NCBI GenBank assembly: GCA_964016885.1
Contig: OZ024742.1
Span: forward strand, 232,934,001 to 232,998,000
Source of the DNA: Eledone cirrhosa
Lineage: Eukaryota
Direction: 5' to 3'
DNA length: 64,000 bases
The notes under the pieces are model-generated. The model was not told the origin of the DNA and searched no databases. It was given only the letters and a program-made list of their open reading frames with translations. A program made the translations under genes and the position numbers. This document shows, piece after piece, positions 24,501-39,500 of the stretch (its first letter is position 1; each line of letters starts with the position of its first letter).

Positions 24501-27500
24501 CTACCCGCTTCTGTGTTTTTTTTATTTGTAATATTATTTATACAATAGGAAATAAAATAGATCTACATAGTGTTAACTCGTTACGGTTGAGTCAATAATT
24601 TCAGACATGAAATACATTGTTATCGGTGAAGGAAAGACAAGATTCTAACTGGCTGCGATTGAAGTGTCCTTGACCCAGTTGACTGTGGGTTTTTCCATTG
24701 TTAGGATCTCAATTGCCGGTTAATGTCTAAACACGCCTGCACACCTGCTCACAGCTGTGGTCAGACCATAGTTATGCTGTCTGCATGCTCATTCAAATGC
24801 ATTCACACTGGCTGTCTCAAAGACATACAAATATGGCTTATAAAACTTACCAAAGTAAAGAGCCTTCCAGTGCACTCCAAAGCTCCAAACGCTCCCTAAT
24901 GCCCCTTGCTCCCAAACGCCCCCCTGGATTTCCGAAACGCCCCTTGGGAGTGCATATGCCCCCCGTTGAGAACCTTTGCTCTAAATAGCAGAACTTGTTA
25001 AATACTTTCTCATTTGCTTTCTATAGTTTTATTTATTAACCCTTTAGCATTTACATTACTCTCTATATATACTATTGTATTTTCACAGTAAAGGCTTTAC
25101 CTCACATAATTATCTCACATAATATCGAATCTATGAGATTTTGATATTATTTATTTTAAGAACAATACCTTAACATCAGTATGAGTGGCTGGTTACAGCC
25201 AGTTTGAATAGAAAGAGGTGAGAGAATTCTGACCAGATACGGTTGGTTTAAATGCTAAAGAAGATGTATACTGCTAAACTGGTATCCTACCTTAATTACA
25301 AAAATAACTGTTGCCCATAGTAAATTACCTAAATGATAAATTGCTAGATCTGTTTAGAAGTTGATTTAACATTTACAGATTTCATGTCTTTCTTTTTCTT
25401 TGTTCATATATTCTTCAGACATGCCTTCCAGAGGATCCTATCAGAAGCAACCATCACCAAATGATCTGGCTGAATCCCCAAGCAGGAGCAACTAGTGGTC
25501 TACTTCTGAGTCTCCTGTTGGTCGGCTTCATGATTCTTTCCATAGACATTCTAACCACATGTCTGTAGTATCAGCACTGTAATCTCTCGATTTGGAGAAG
25601 GAACAGCTTTACCTGGGGAAACTCCCTGATCTTTCAGCTACACACCTTAACAAATAATTGTTTCTACTATAGGCACAAGACCAGCAATTACTCAGTACAT
25701 TACTGGTACTTTATTTTATCGACCCTGTAAGGATGAAAGGCAAAGTTAACCTCGGCAGGATTTGAGATCAGAATGGCAAGGGCCGTAACTCTATGCGTCA
25801 AAGCATGGCGTCTGACCCTCTACTGATATTGCCAATTCACCTATGTTACTTGAAAGTCCTTTGGAGGTACCCTATTTCAGCCAATTGTATTTGTGATCGT
25901 ATCCTTTTGGTCATTATCCAAGATTCCTGATCATAGGTAAGGGTATGCTTTCATGTCCTCCTTTCATCATATACAGTTCTTCTCTGCACATTTTGACATT
26001 TTATATTCACAAATCACTAATCTATTTTGTTGAGAAGAGGGAAGTTTTTAGATATGAACAAATTTGAAGTCAAATGGAATGTATGTTAGTTCAAATGAAA
26101 AAAAATAAGAGAAAAGTGTTTAGTGTGGGGTGTGGGAATTAGGTATAGAAATGATGAATGAAGAAACTATGTATATTTGGTGTAGAAGTAGAAATATATG
26201 GTAGTGTGTTTCTCAAATTTTCTATCAAATGTCATCATAATTTTGATGAGGTTTGCTTGGACAAAAAGAGAAAAACAAAGCTCACAAATTAAAAACAACT
26301 ATTGCATAAAATACACCCAATCATCATCATCTTTAATGTCCATCTTCCACACTAGAATGGGTTGGACAGTTTTGTCCCACTTGAGGTGAGATTGTGTCTC
26401 TCTCGTACAGAACTGTTTCTACCACTCATCTACTCCTAGTTTTCTAAGAGCCCACCAGATTTAGGAGCGGGGGATTCTGTCAAAGGCTTTCTCCAAGTCA
26501 ACAAGAGCTAAGAAGAGGGGTTTACTTTTAGCTAGTACTTCTCTTGTAGTTGCCGTACAAGGAAAAGAGCATCTGTGGTACTTTTACCTGGTACAATCTT
26601 AAACTGCTTTTCATCTAGATCAATTCAGTCTCTAATCATTCTATAAAGTGGTTGGTGATAGGAATGGCATCAAGTTGTAGAAACCAAGCCAAAAATAGAA
26701 TGTAAAAATGAGAATTGGACTGTGTAAACCACATTGCAGGCTACTTGTTTAGGAGGGCTGTAATGCCAAATAAGAGTTGATACAGGAATAGAGGAGACTC
26801 TTTAGTTTTCTTTGCATGGGACAACCTCTCTATAAAAATCATTCAGTAGATTCTGTAAAGTGGTTGGTGATAAAAAGGGCATCTAGCCACAGAAACATGT
26901 GAAAATGGAATGTATGAGCATGATGTGGATTATGGAAGTTGCATCTCAGTTTATTTATCTTGGAAGGCACATCACAGGCTACCTGTCTAGAAGAGTAGTA
27001 ATACTAAATCAAAACTGGTACAAAGCAAAAGCAACTCTTTAGTCTTCCTTGTATGAGACAACTTCACTAATGTCAGGGTCATGATAAAACACACATGTAG
27101 CGGTTGTCTCCCTTGTTTGGATTAACATCTAGACGGGAAGTAGAACCCTTTCTGTAACTTCCGGTCAGAACCCTATAAAACTAACAACTTTAAGTTCTCA
27201 CTCTCTCATTGCCCTTTCGGCACCAGGCCAAGAGCCTCTCATTTGCCTTCCGGCACCTGGCTTTCGCCAGGCGTCTTCTGCCAGCCGCGTTTGCCTGGCA
27301 ATCAAAACGGTAACTACTAACTTTGCTTCATTCTATCATCTATTACTTTGACATGTCAACTATACTATCTACCATTGTTAATTAAATATTATCTACACAC
27401 AAACCATGTCTCGTTTTGTTACATTCATACAACCCAGTACTCTCGCTATACACAAAACAAAGTTGGATAGTTTTCAGTTGCTGTGTGTGTAAAATCATCC

Positions 27501-30500
27501 AACTGAAGCCAGCATGCAAAAAAAAGAAATACATGTAAAATGATGAGGATGTTGATGGTGAAGATGGTGATGAATAAAAGAACATGAAAGATGAATAAAA
27601 TCACGTAAATTCTTACCTGCATATAACCCCAGAAACATATTGTGAAGATGTTCCCTTTGATATCAACTGCATGTAATTTTTCAAGTTTATGCTGGCTAGA
27701 AGTATTAACAACACTTTGAAATTAGAAGATAACCCTTGATAGCAGAGACAATGGACATTAAATAATGATGATGGTGATAGTAGTGACGGTGATGATGATG
27801 GCGCTAGTGATGATGAAGGTGACGGTGATAATAATGATGATAATACTGATGACAATGATGATGAAGATGATGATAATAATGATGAAGTAAGATGGATAAA
27901 AATAACTAGTATAATAATGATTTCTAGTATAGGTGCAAGACCAGTAATTTGGAGGGAGGGGAAAGTTGATTAAATCGACCCCAGTATGTTACTGGTGCTT
28001 TATTTTATTGAACACTTTACAGAGTGTTCTGGGTGTATCTTACTGGGACACTGACACTAGGGAGGTTGTCATGTTTTAAACAGAACTGAAAAGTCCTCTT
28101 GACTATGTTTGGCAGGTTTTCTATGGCTAGATCCCCTTCCTATCACCTACCCTTTAACAAGGTGTACTGCATGCATTTCTCATGGCACCAATGCTACTGA
28201 GTTCATAGGGCCATAATTGAAGAGTCAATCTTTTTTGGCATGGCTTCTACAGCTGGATGCTTTTCTTAACATTAATCACTTTACAGAGTGCACTGATGCA
28301 TTTTAATGTGGCACCAACACTAGGGAGGTTGTTGGGCATTGATTCAACTGAAGAGTCCACTCTAGTCTAAAGGGGGACAGGGTGAGAGATGATGAATTAT
28401 CTCATCAAATGTGTTTAGGGGGAAAGGATAGTTGTATGACAAGGGTGGAGGATCTACATGGGTGATGTAAGAGAGAGTAGGGGTAAGTACATATCATGGG
28501 TGTCATCATCAACATCATCACCGTTTTACATCCATTCTTCCACACTAGCATGGGTTAGATGAGTTGTTCTGTTGTGGGCAATGCCAGGTCAGGTGACTAT
28601 GTGTTGCTCACTGATTTTGGATGCTCTTCCTAACACCAACCTCATTTACAGTGAGTACTGGGTGCTTTTTTTACTGTGGCGCCTACACGACCAGGTAACA
28701 ATATGGACTGGGTGCTTTTTGTCGTGACACCTGCACAACCACTTTACAGTGGGAGGAGGATGGGGGCATACTGACTATATGCTTCAGCTTTGGCTTGTAC
28801 CCGTGGGAAGTCGGGTCTTCTGTATTACAGTGTAATGCCAGAGGTCTCGGTCATGTGTCATCGACTTTGAGAGGTGCAATTGGGCAAGATCAGCTTTTAT
28901 GACAAGTGTGGTAAAATTTGACAGCGTGGAGGTGATCTCGGATAGAATGAGGAGGGGCACAATGACGAGAATAGTTACTACAGAGCTGTCTGGTGTGGTG
29001 GGATTCAAGAGAATGATATAGGAGGGAAGTGTGGAAGTGATACTGGATAGAGCAGAGGTAGTGATGGTGAGAATAGTTCATTCATATTTTTATAATGGCA
29101 GGCAATTCCCGCAGTCCTTTTTTATCTCTCTTCTCTCTTGCAATTCCTTTTATAGCAATTTTTTCTCTCAGTTCATTTATGCTATGTGTTCATGTTGTGC
29201 AAAGAGGGATTGAACTCAGAATCACATGGTTGCAAAGCAAATTTCTTAACCACACAGCCATGTCTGTGCCTATAATGGTATATGTGATTATAAATGTTGT
29301 AACAGCAAAAGGAAATCTAGAATGCTATTGCTGCTGCTGTTACCACCTTACCACAGTGATAATTAATACATTCAGAGAGCAACATGAAACACATTGCTAT
29401 GCACTGGACTTAAACTTCTGACATTACATGCTACAAACTCTGTTATCAGCAATAGACTATTCATGTCAACAGTATTATTAAATGAACAGGTCACACTAGA
29501 TAGCAGATAAGGTTATTTCTAGGAAATAATTGATCAGATGTAGCATGCCAGGAATTCCATTTTTATCAGAAATTTTCTGCAAATTGTGCAGAAAATGTCT
29601 CTTAAGGTTCTTTCTTGGGAAGGCGGAAAAAAAAAAACCTTGCCTCATACCACATATACAAATCCTTTATTTGGATGATTTGAAAAATAATGGAAAAATT
29701 TGATAAAGAGATAAAATTAAAATAATAATCGGAGTAGGCAGACCCAGAAAAACCTGGGACGATTTGATAAATTCCGACCTCACACACTTACACCTCTCCA
29801 AGACAATGTCACTGGACTGAGATCTTTGGCGCTACACAGTAATACAGAAGACCCGCCTTGCCTATGTACAAAGCGAAACTTACAGTCAGTAGGCACCTCT
29901 TAACCAAACATACACCCCCATCCCACTACCCCTACTCCATGGCCACCAACACCACCCCTTTCTCTGTAAAGTTATGTCGGTACCACAACATCCAGTCCTA
30001 AATAAATGAGGTTGTGAAGGTGTCACGACAAAAAAAAACACAGTCCACGCTGTAATGTGGCAGTGTAGGTAACATGGTAAAAACCTCCCAGTCCACACTG
30101 TAAATGTGGTTGGTGTTAGGAAGGGCATCCAGCCGTAGAAAACCTGCCTGACAGTCCCATACGAGCAAGACAACCAATCTTGCCTCAAGTAGGACAATTC
30201 CCGTGTAAACCCATGCTAGCGTGGAAGATAGACGTTAAACGATGATGATGATGATGATGATGATGATTAACTTCAAAGGAAGAGAAGACACCAACCTATT
30301 TATAGACTGGTATTACAGACTCCATTAAAAATGAAAAACAAACAAAAAAAAAAAAGCAGCCAGGAACATCAAACAAGTTTCTTTGAACACCATTGCCCAC
30401 ACATTTGCAATAACACCCACGTCAACACTACCACCACCACTGCCACTACCACAGAAACATTTGAAAAAAAAAAAACAATTTTGAAAAACACGGCCACTGC

Positions 30501-33500
30501 CTTTGTGATAGCTGGAATAATAATAAATAATAGTAGTGATGGTAGTGATAATAATGGTTTCTACTTTAGGCACAAGGCCAGCAATTACCCAGTGCAATAG
30601 TGATAATAATGGTTTATTATATAGGCACAGTGAAGGCGCATGGCTTAGTGGTTAGAGCATTGGGCTTGCAATCGAAAGGTTGTGAGTTCAATTCTCGGAC
30701 TGGGTGATGTGTTGTTTCCTTGAGCAAGACACTTTATTTCACATTGCTCCAGTTTACTCAGCTGTAGAAATGAGTACCAGCCTGCCCGCCCAGCCAGTGG
30801 GATGGCGTTATCTTATGGCTAAAACAGCACGACGTGCTGTGACTAGCGGTGCCGAATGGCGCCCGACAGACTGGTCGGTCAAGGTAATCAAGGTGATATA
30901 GGCACAAGGCCAGCAATTTTGAGGGAGGGGGGAACGTCGATTCAACCGACCCCAGTGCGTGACTGGTACTTTATTTTATTGACCCCGCAAGGATGAAAGG
31001 CAAAGTTAACCTCGGCGGAATTTGAACTCAGATCATAAAGGGCCGTAAATCTATGTTGCAAAACATGGTGTTTGATGCTTTACCGATATTGCCAATCCAC
31101 CACCCCCTTTAATGGTAATAATGATAATAATAATCATCATCATCAGGTGACCTCGCCGAAATTGACTCAACAATTGATCTCCACATGAGTCTGTCGTTCA
31201 TTGCTGTTGCCAAGTCATGGATTTCAATATCAGAGTCTCTGGAGATGACACCAGGATAGGAGAGCTTGTGCCCCCTGTTATTAGTGACTGCTTGTAGTTT
31301 CCAAAGCACTAATGGGGACACAGCCTCATAGGTGGCATGATGACAGTGGCCAGAAAATCTTATTCTCCTTTTACGTACAATGGCAGATATGCATCGATGT
31401 AGGTGAGTGTAGATGCTATTAAGGCGCTTTTGTTGTTTGGATGAAAGCATCCATGTTTCACTTCGAAGTAACAATTCCATGGTTGAATTATTACTTGGAA
31501 GAGTCTGATTTTGGTGTGGTTGGAAAGATTTGTGCGCCAAACTCAATCTATCTTGTTGCAAGCTGACCAATAGAGCATAACCCACCTCACTCCTCTACTG
31601 ATGGACATCATCATCATCATTTTTATGTCCGTTTTTCCAGACTTGCATGGGTTGGACAGGTCCTTTTCAGCACAACATCTCTCCACTCACCACATTCCTT
31701 CATCATCTCCTCTGTACATAGCTTGCACAGCTCTCACAAGCCATTCTTCTACACCTAATTTCCTTAAAGACCATCAGATAATAGATTGAGGTATTCTGTC
31801 AAAGGCCTTCTCTAGATCAACGAAAGCTAAATATAGTGGCTCATTCTTGGCTAGGAACTTCTCTTGTAGTTGCCTCACTAAAAAGAAGGCACCTGTGGTA
31901 CTTTCCCCGGGTATGAAACCAAGCTGCATCTCATCTAATTTGACTCTTTCTCAAATTAGCTGTGCAATAACTCTTTCTGTCACTTTCATAACTTGGTCCA
32001 TTAGTTTTATTCCTCAAACGTTGCTCCTTTCTAGAGCATTGCTTTTGCCTTTGTAGCAATTTACAATTATACTGCTGTGCCTGTTATTGTGTATGACCCT
32101 CCTGTATTACCTGATTGACTATGCAGGTTACTAGTTCGACTCGGCTACTTCTCCCAATGCTTTTAAAATCTCAGCAACTATTCCTGATAGTCCTGCAGCT
32201 TTACCATTCTTCATCTCTTTGATTGCTTTGACTCTATAATTGTCAACTTCAATAGCTGGTCCTTCTGTTCGGTAAGATGGGAGTAGTCTCTCTTCTCTTC
32301 CCATTCATTCTCTACATTCATCAGTCTCTCATAGTAACATTTCCAGGCCTCTTTCATTTGAACATCAGTGGTGATAAGTGCACCAGTGTCATATCTAACA
32401 CTTTTCCCCAACAACATCCTGATTTACACTGACACACTGCTTTGCAACATGGAACACCTCACATCTCTGGTCCTCATGTCTTAAGACATTGGCAAACTTT
32501 CTTTTCTCAGCCTCTCTCCAAGTTGTGTATACATGTCGTCTAGCTTCTCTCTTAGCTTCCTGGTACTGGTCTCTGCTTCCCCCATTTTTCCAGTCTTTCC
32601 ACACCTGTCTCTTGGCTTTAATGGCTGTATCCACTGTGCTATTCCACCACCAGGTCACCCTCTGTCTGGCTGATGCTTTACTCCAACCACAAGTCTCATC
32701 AGTAGTTCGCAGAAAGTTGTCATGCAAGAATTCACAAATGTCTTCTATGTCATATGTATCTAGCTTGTCACCAAATGCATTCCGTAGGGCCTTTCTAAAT
32801 CTATATTTAACCAAAAGCTTCCAAACCCCCCATTTCCATATTTTCCTGCATATCTTGTTCCGTCTTGTGTCTTTTCTGACTAACCATCTTGTGTTGGGCA
32901 GCACATTCTTCCCCAGAGAAGGCTTTAGTATTTATTACAGTGCGATTATCTTGATTTACTAGTAAGAAATTAATTTGGCTTGTGTGTTCGCCTGATTGAT
33001 ATGAAATCAGATGGCTAGCCAGTTTCCTGAAGTATATGTTGTAAATGGTTAGTTTATTTGCATCATAAAATTCCAGGAGCCACATTCCCTCTTCATTTCT
33101 TGAGCCATAATCATAGCTGAACTCCACTGAATCTATTCTGGTACTGTCCAACATGTCTATTGAAGTTGCCTGCCAGGATGATGAGATCTCTTTCATTAGT
33201 AATTGAAGTTGTCTGCAACAGTTTCTTAGTCAAGGGGTCCTCGCACATGGCTACTCGAGCTACTGCACTACCAAGCACAGCACTAACATGATTACCATTA
33301 AGTAATAGCATGAAGAATTATAAGACAGAGTTAACATCCCAGGGAGAATCCTTGGGAGGAGTGAAAATCAAGAGAGGTATCTTCCAAGGAAATAGTTTGT
33401 CTTCTTCATTGTTTGTCCTTACCCTCATACTCTTGTCCCTCATATTGCAAAGAGTGAGGGCAGGATACAAACTGGAAAGAGGAGAGGTTACCATTACCCC

Positions 33501-36500
33501 CTCCTCTTCATGGACGACTTAAAATTCTTCAGGAAAAATGAGGAGTTGGATGTACTTGTTAATACTGTTTGTATTTTCAGCAATGATATGTAAGGAATTT
33601 GATAGTAATGTGTGGAGTTCTAGTGACAAGGAGGACCAAACTGAAGAGAAGCAAGGACCCTCCAATATGTCCTGAATATCTGAGGTTGTGGGTTATGGCT
33701 AGATGTTCATTTGGGCAAATCTTCCGGTTAAATAGCATCAAATATCTGAGATATCAAATTCGTAATAATAATGATTACAATCTACAAAACTTCTGACACC
33801 CAGAATGCAGACTTTGTGAAAAGAATGTGAAAAATGTAACACAATTTGGCAAGTGGATGTGAGAGTCTTGCGCAAAAAGAATATAAGCATTGCCATGATA
33901 AAGTCTGTTTGTACCTTCATTGGAGGGTATGTTGTAAATACCAATACAAAGTAATAGAGAATTGGTATGAGCATATGCCTTGTAAAGTAATTCAGGAGGA
34001 TGGGAAAGCAACCATATTCTGGAATTAAGATTTTCAGACTGATAGTATAATTGAGCATTGGCAACCGGACATCGTTGTAATGTTGTGGTGTAGCCCTTAT
34101 ACCTATTAACATGTTATTCATCATCATCATCATCATCATCATTTCATTTTACGTCCGCTTTTTCCCTGCTTGCAAGGGTGGGACGGGAACTGATTCTGGC
34201 TTGATTTCTACAGCTGGATCCCCTTCCTAACACCAATCTAATTTACAGTGAGTGCTGGGTGCTTTTTTGCCGTGACACCTCCATGACCACTTTGCAGTGG
34301 AATGATAGGGACCCCAGTCCCTATCATCTCATTTCTACAGCTGAGTAAACTGGAGCAATGTGAAATAAAGTGTCTTGCTCAAGGAAACAACACATCACCC
34401 GGTCTGAGAATTGAACTCACAACCTTTCGATTGCAAGGCCAATGCTCTAACCACTAAGCCATATATAATGCCATGTATAATGTATTTATGAACATTTTAC
34501 ATTTCATCAAATGTTTTTAAAGTAAGAGATCTTGTGTTTGTGGTCCTTTCAGAATTATACTGTGGTACAAATTAGATCATAGATTGAGTACTGCTTCACT
34601 AGATCAACATAGGGAATTCCCTCAGAAGTTCTAGTATATACTGTTGATAGCTGAGTGATCAGATGCATATAAGGTGGCTTGCCTAGAACCGTGACAAAAT
34701 ATCTACAGCACATTTGAACACAAAATAGTTCAATATCCTATTCAGTCAGCCATATTGCCCGGTTCTACAGTATCAAATCTATCCAAACAGGTTTGAAATA
34801 TCAAAAAGAGCAATTTACAATGTTGCAGTAGAAGAGATAAAATTCAACAATTCCTATCAAGTATAACACACATACACACACATTGAAGCAAAGACACATA
34901 CATACACATATAGACAAATGATATGAGTTTAAAAATAACAATAGCAGGAACAAAGATCTTAATCAAGAGATAAGTGTGGAAGAGTCTTTGGGTTGGGTCA
35001 ACTTCAGTATCCGTATCTTCCTTTAAAATTAAGAGTTTCCTTCCGATTCTTAATGCACACTTAATGTAAAACCTACTTATTACTACTCTATGTTGACGGA
35101 CACTCCATTATCTAGGATTGATTTGACTGTGGAAGAGGGAAATAGTGGTTTCATTGTTTTACTTAAATATATTATGGAGGCACATGGCTTAGTGGTTAGA
35201 GCATTGATCTTGCAATCGAAAGGTTGTGAGTTCAATTCTCAGACCGGGTGATGTGTTGTTTCCTTGAGCAAGACACTTTATTTCACATTGCTCCAGTTTA
35301 CTCAGCTGTAGAAATGAGATGATAGAGACCCCAGTCCCTATCATTCCACTGCAAAGTGGTCGTGGAGGTGCCACGGCAAAAAAGCACCCAGCACTCACTG
35401 TAAATGAGGTTGGTGTTAGGAAAGGCATCCAACAATAGAAAAGTTGCGACTCTTCAGCTGGGTCAAAGACATGACAACTTCTTTAGTGTTGGTGTCGCAA
35501 TAAAATGCACTTATAAAATAAATATGTTATTCTCATTAGCATATTAATTCAATGCAATTTTTCAGAAAACAAGGAAATGAAGTAGATAGTTTTCACCTAT
35601 CATCACTTGCCTGATTCTGTGTCTAACTTATCTAAAATATGTAGATAATAACTTTGCAGAGTAATTATAAATTCCTAAATTTTGGAGCTCTGTTACATCT
35701 TGGCAATTAGTAACATATTGGTATAGAGATATATTTAAAATTATGTGCAGAAGGAAACAAAATTAAAAACAATAAGTAATGAATTATATCTAGAGGCTAA
35801 TTGCCAAATTTACTTACATAATACTTGGTTATTTCAAATATTTAACTATGTTGTACCACCCCCAACATGATATAAAAATAAATAGCAAAAGATAACTTAC
35901 TTTACTGTGAGAGACTTTGTAATATTTAACACAATTCCAGCCATATCAACTTCCAAATAATTTTGTAGAGGGGGGCCATTTATTATATTTGTGGAGGTAT
36001 GTACCTATGTTAAGTAGAAAATAAGCATAATCTAATATTGGAATTTTATAACATCTTTACATGTCAGAAACCAACAAACTTTAATGCAAAAAGATAACAC
36101 AAAAAAAACCTTTTGAATTAGAAAAATAAAATAATACATGTAGAATGATAATTTTGATAATACTTCTTCATCACCCTTTTACTGTCCTCTTTTTCATGCT
36201 AGTATGAACTGGACATATTCTATGACTGAATTCCATTCCTAACACCAACAATTACTCGTTTTTAAGTAAGATACTTTATTCCACTGGTCTTTGCATATTG
36301 AACCACTGAGCTGGAGAACATAAACAAATGTGACTGGCTATTCAAACAATGTCCATCTGAAGCTATGACACACATGGAGACAAACACACACATTTACATC
36401 AATACATATATACAGTTACATACATGCACTGCAAACATGCATACAGTTACATACACTACAAACACATGAAGTTACATACTTATATGTATATGTGGGGCTG

Positions 36501-39500
36501 CCGCAAGATAGACGGGGGGTAGAGCTGCCGTGGGAGGGGGATTGCCGGAAGTTGGGGGACGCCTGACCGGAAGCAGGAGGATGGGGGCGACTCGATGAAC
36601 CAGGCGGTCAAGAGAAGCCTCTTAGCTATACGCCCTGCGAGGTGACGGACGTGTGAAGACAGATGCGAGTGGAAAGTACCCCCACGTGGACCAGAGAGAC
36701 GCAAGGTAAGTCCAAATGCCTCCGGCTACAGTATATAAGTGTGTGTATTGCACTGAACTGGTACTTTATTTTATCAACCCTAGAAGGATGAAAGGCAAAG
36801 CTGATCTTAGCAGGATTTGAACCCAGAACGAAGAAAGTTGGAACAAAATGCTGCAAAGCATTTTTATCGACATCCTCTCTACCACCCTTATATAATAATT
36901 AATAATTCTTTCTAATATTGGCACAAAGCTAGTAATTTAAAAGGAAGGGGAAAGTCAATTAAATAGACTCCAGTGCATTACTAGTATGTTGATCAACTAA
37001 AGATGAAAGCCAAAACTAACCTCGGAAAGGATTTGAACTCAGAATATAAAGTGATGTAACTATAGGCCACAAAGTAGGTTGTCTAATGTTCTACTGATAC
37101 TGCAAATCAACTATCTTTATAATAGTTAATATTTGTTTCTACTTTTGACACAAGGCCAGCAATTATCCCAGTACATTACTGGTGCTTTATTTTTCTACCC
37201 TCTAAGGATGAAAGGCAACGTTAACCTCGACAGGATTTGAACTCAGATTGTAAAGGGCCGTAACTCTATGCTGCAAAGCATCCGACCCTCTACTGATACT
37301 GCCAATCCACCAATGAAATCCAATAATGAAATGAAGAAATATCAGCAATTAAAGGTTTGAAGCATGGACATGCAGACAGGACATCTTCAACTGCAACACT
37401 ATCATTATCATTCCTGTAATACCCTCTAGATCAGGCATGTCAAACTGAGGGCCACACACAACTAATTGCGCATATTAAACACATTTTTTAAATTTTATAT
37501 TACAAAGATAAAACATGCTTGCGCTGTAAAGACCTTTGTGCAGGCCGTATGTTTGACATGCCTGCTCTAGATTTTACTGATTTGTTATATGAGTTATATG
37601 ACTTTACAACACTTTAACTGCTTACCCAGACCAAGGGCATGTCTCATGCCATTGCTAGCAGGCCAGAAGAGATGGTTCTGGTAGCTGATATTAGCTATGG
37701 ATGGCTGAATGATATCAAATGGTATCAGACAGGCCAATAAATCTCCAACAATGACAATACAGCATCTTTGGATTTGACATTCATCAATGCCACCTAACAG
37801 TCCATCTGGAAAATGGTTAGGCCATTTGAACCACAGAATTCTAAGAACCTTGATACCTATTCATTTCTAGTACCATAGCCATATTTTCCATGTAAACTGA
37901 AGTGGCCATCTCAGTGTTATTCAGCATGTCCATTACAGTAGCCAGCTGTGAACTCGGATTTGAACTCAGACAGCAGAGAACCAGAATGAATACTGCAAAG
38001 CCTTTTATCTGATGTTCTAACACGTCTGCCAATTCACCATACACACACATACATACATATCTTCATTTTTGTGCCTACTTTTCCATGCTGAGATGGGTTA
38101 GGCAGGCTCCTTCTATCTGAATAGTTTGGCACTTTTTCATCTTACATGTTCATACAAATACAGTCTTATATCAGCACACATGTGTGTTTAGATTGGCTTT
38201 ATTAGAGCATGCTTACCTCATTTCTTTCTGGCATGAGAGAGACGGAGAGAAAAGATATTTATTGTCAATACCCACAGGCTTTTCTCCTGAGAATATTTTT
38301 TTTTCGTTTTCATTATCATTATCTTGTATTGTTCACCTTATTAGGGCGGTGGATTGGCAGTATCGGTAGAGTCGGACGCCATGCTTTGCAGCATAAAGTT
38401 ACGTCCCTTTATGATCTGAGTTCAAATCCCGCTGAGGTTAACTTTGCCTTTCATCCTTACATGGTCGATAAAATAAAGTACCAGTCACGAACTGGGGTTG
38501 ATTTAATCAACTTTCCCCTCCCCCAAAATTGCTGGCCTTGTGCCTATATAAGAAACCATTGTTCACCTGTATTGTTTTTCCTTATTGACTTTTCATATGT
38601 ATAAACAAGCCTCATAAAAACGAAAATAAACAAGTTTTGAATATATTTATATAACTGTTTGAAATCTTACCTTCCTTGCAGAATATATTTTTGAAAGTAT
38701 CTTTTCATCAATCTTCAGACATTCAAAATGAGTTGATCGAGTCACTGACAAGTGGACAGTGGTAGCATTCAGAAATTGAAATCTGTAAATTGGCATGAAA
38801 AGCAACATTTTATTTTCTAAAGGATTTTGTATAACTGAGAAGAGCTTCTTTTTTAATTGATGCCAAAGAAATATATACAGATTGCTATACTGTTATTGTT
38901 CTTATTAAGTAACATGGGTCACCTCTGCTTATTCCTTGAAGTAACATGGAGGTCTAATAAATCAGTTATGTGTTGTCATCATCATCATCATCACCATCTT
39001 TTTTTACATCTGCTTCCCATGCTGACATGGGTTGGATGGATTATCACATTCCAAAAAAAAATGGGTACACTGGGTGCATTTTATCATGGCACCAACACTA
39101 GAGAGGTTGTCACCATGCTAGACTAGTCTGAAGAGTCCCTTTACAACCTGTATTGTATCATCATCATTTAATTGGTTGGAATTTTTACAGCTGGATGCCC
39201 TTCCTAACTCCAACCACGTTTACGGTGTGGAACTGGGTGGTAGGCGTTCCGTCCACTGTGTCGATGACACAACAGTCCACTCTGTAAAGTGGTCATGTAG
39301 GAGACGCGGTGAAAAGGCTCCCAGTCCACACTGTAAATGTTGTTGGTGTTAGGAAGAGCATCCAGCTGTAAAAAAACCTGCCAGAGACACTTCTGTGCGA
39401 GTGAGACATGGTTTCCCGACCATTCCCGCATCAAATGGAACAAAACCGTCCAACCCATGCTAGCGTGGAAGATGGATGTAAAACGATGATGATGATGATA

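Noticed and set aside
30632-30705. tRNA gene with GCA anticodon-like loop
   Set aside because: It is the head of a multi-copy SINE continuing into a CORE-like body; no proper acceptor stem or terminator.
35597-35622. Candidate micro-exon (HRIRQVMI) with AG/GT ends
   Set aside because: Including it breaks the phase 2 junction that joins 35901 directly to 27695 in frame.
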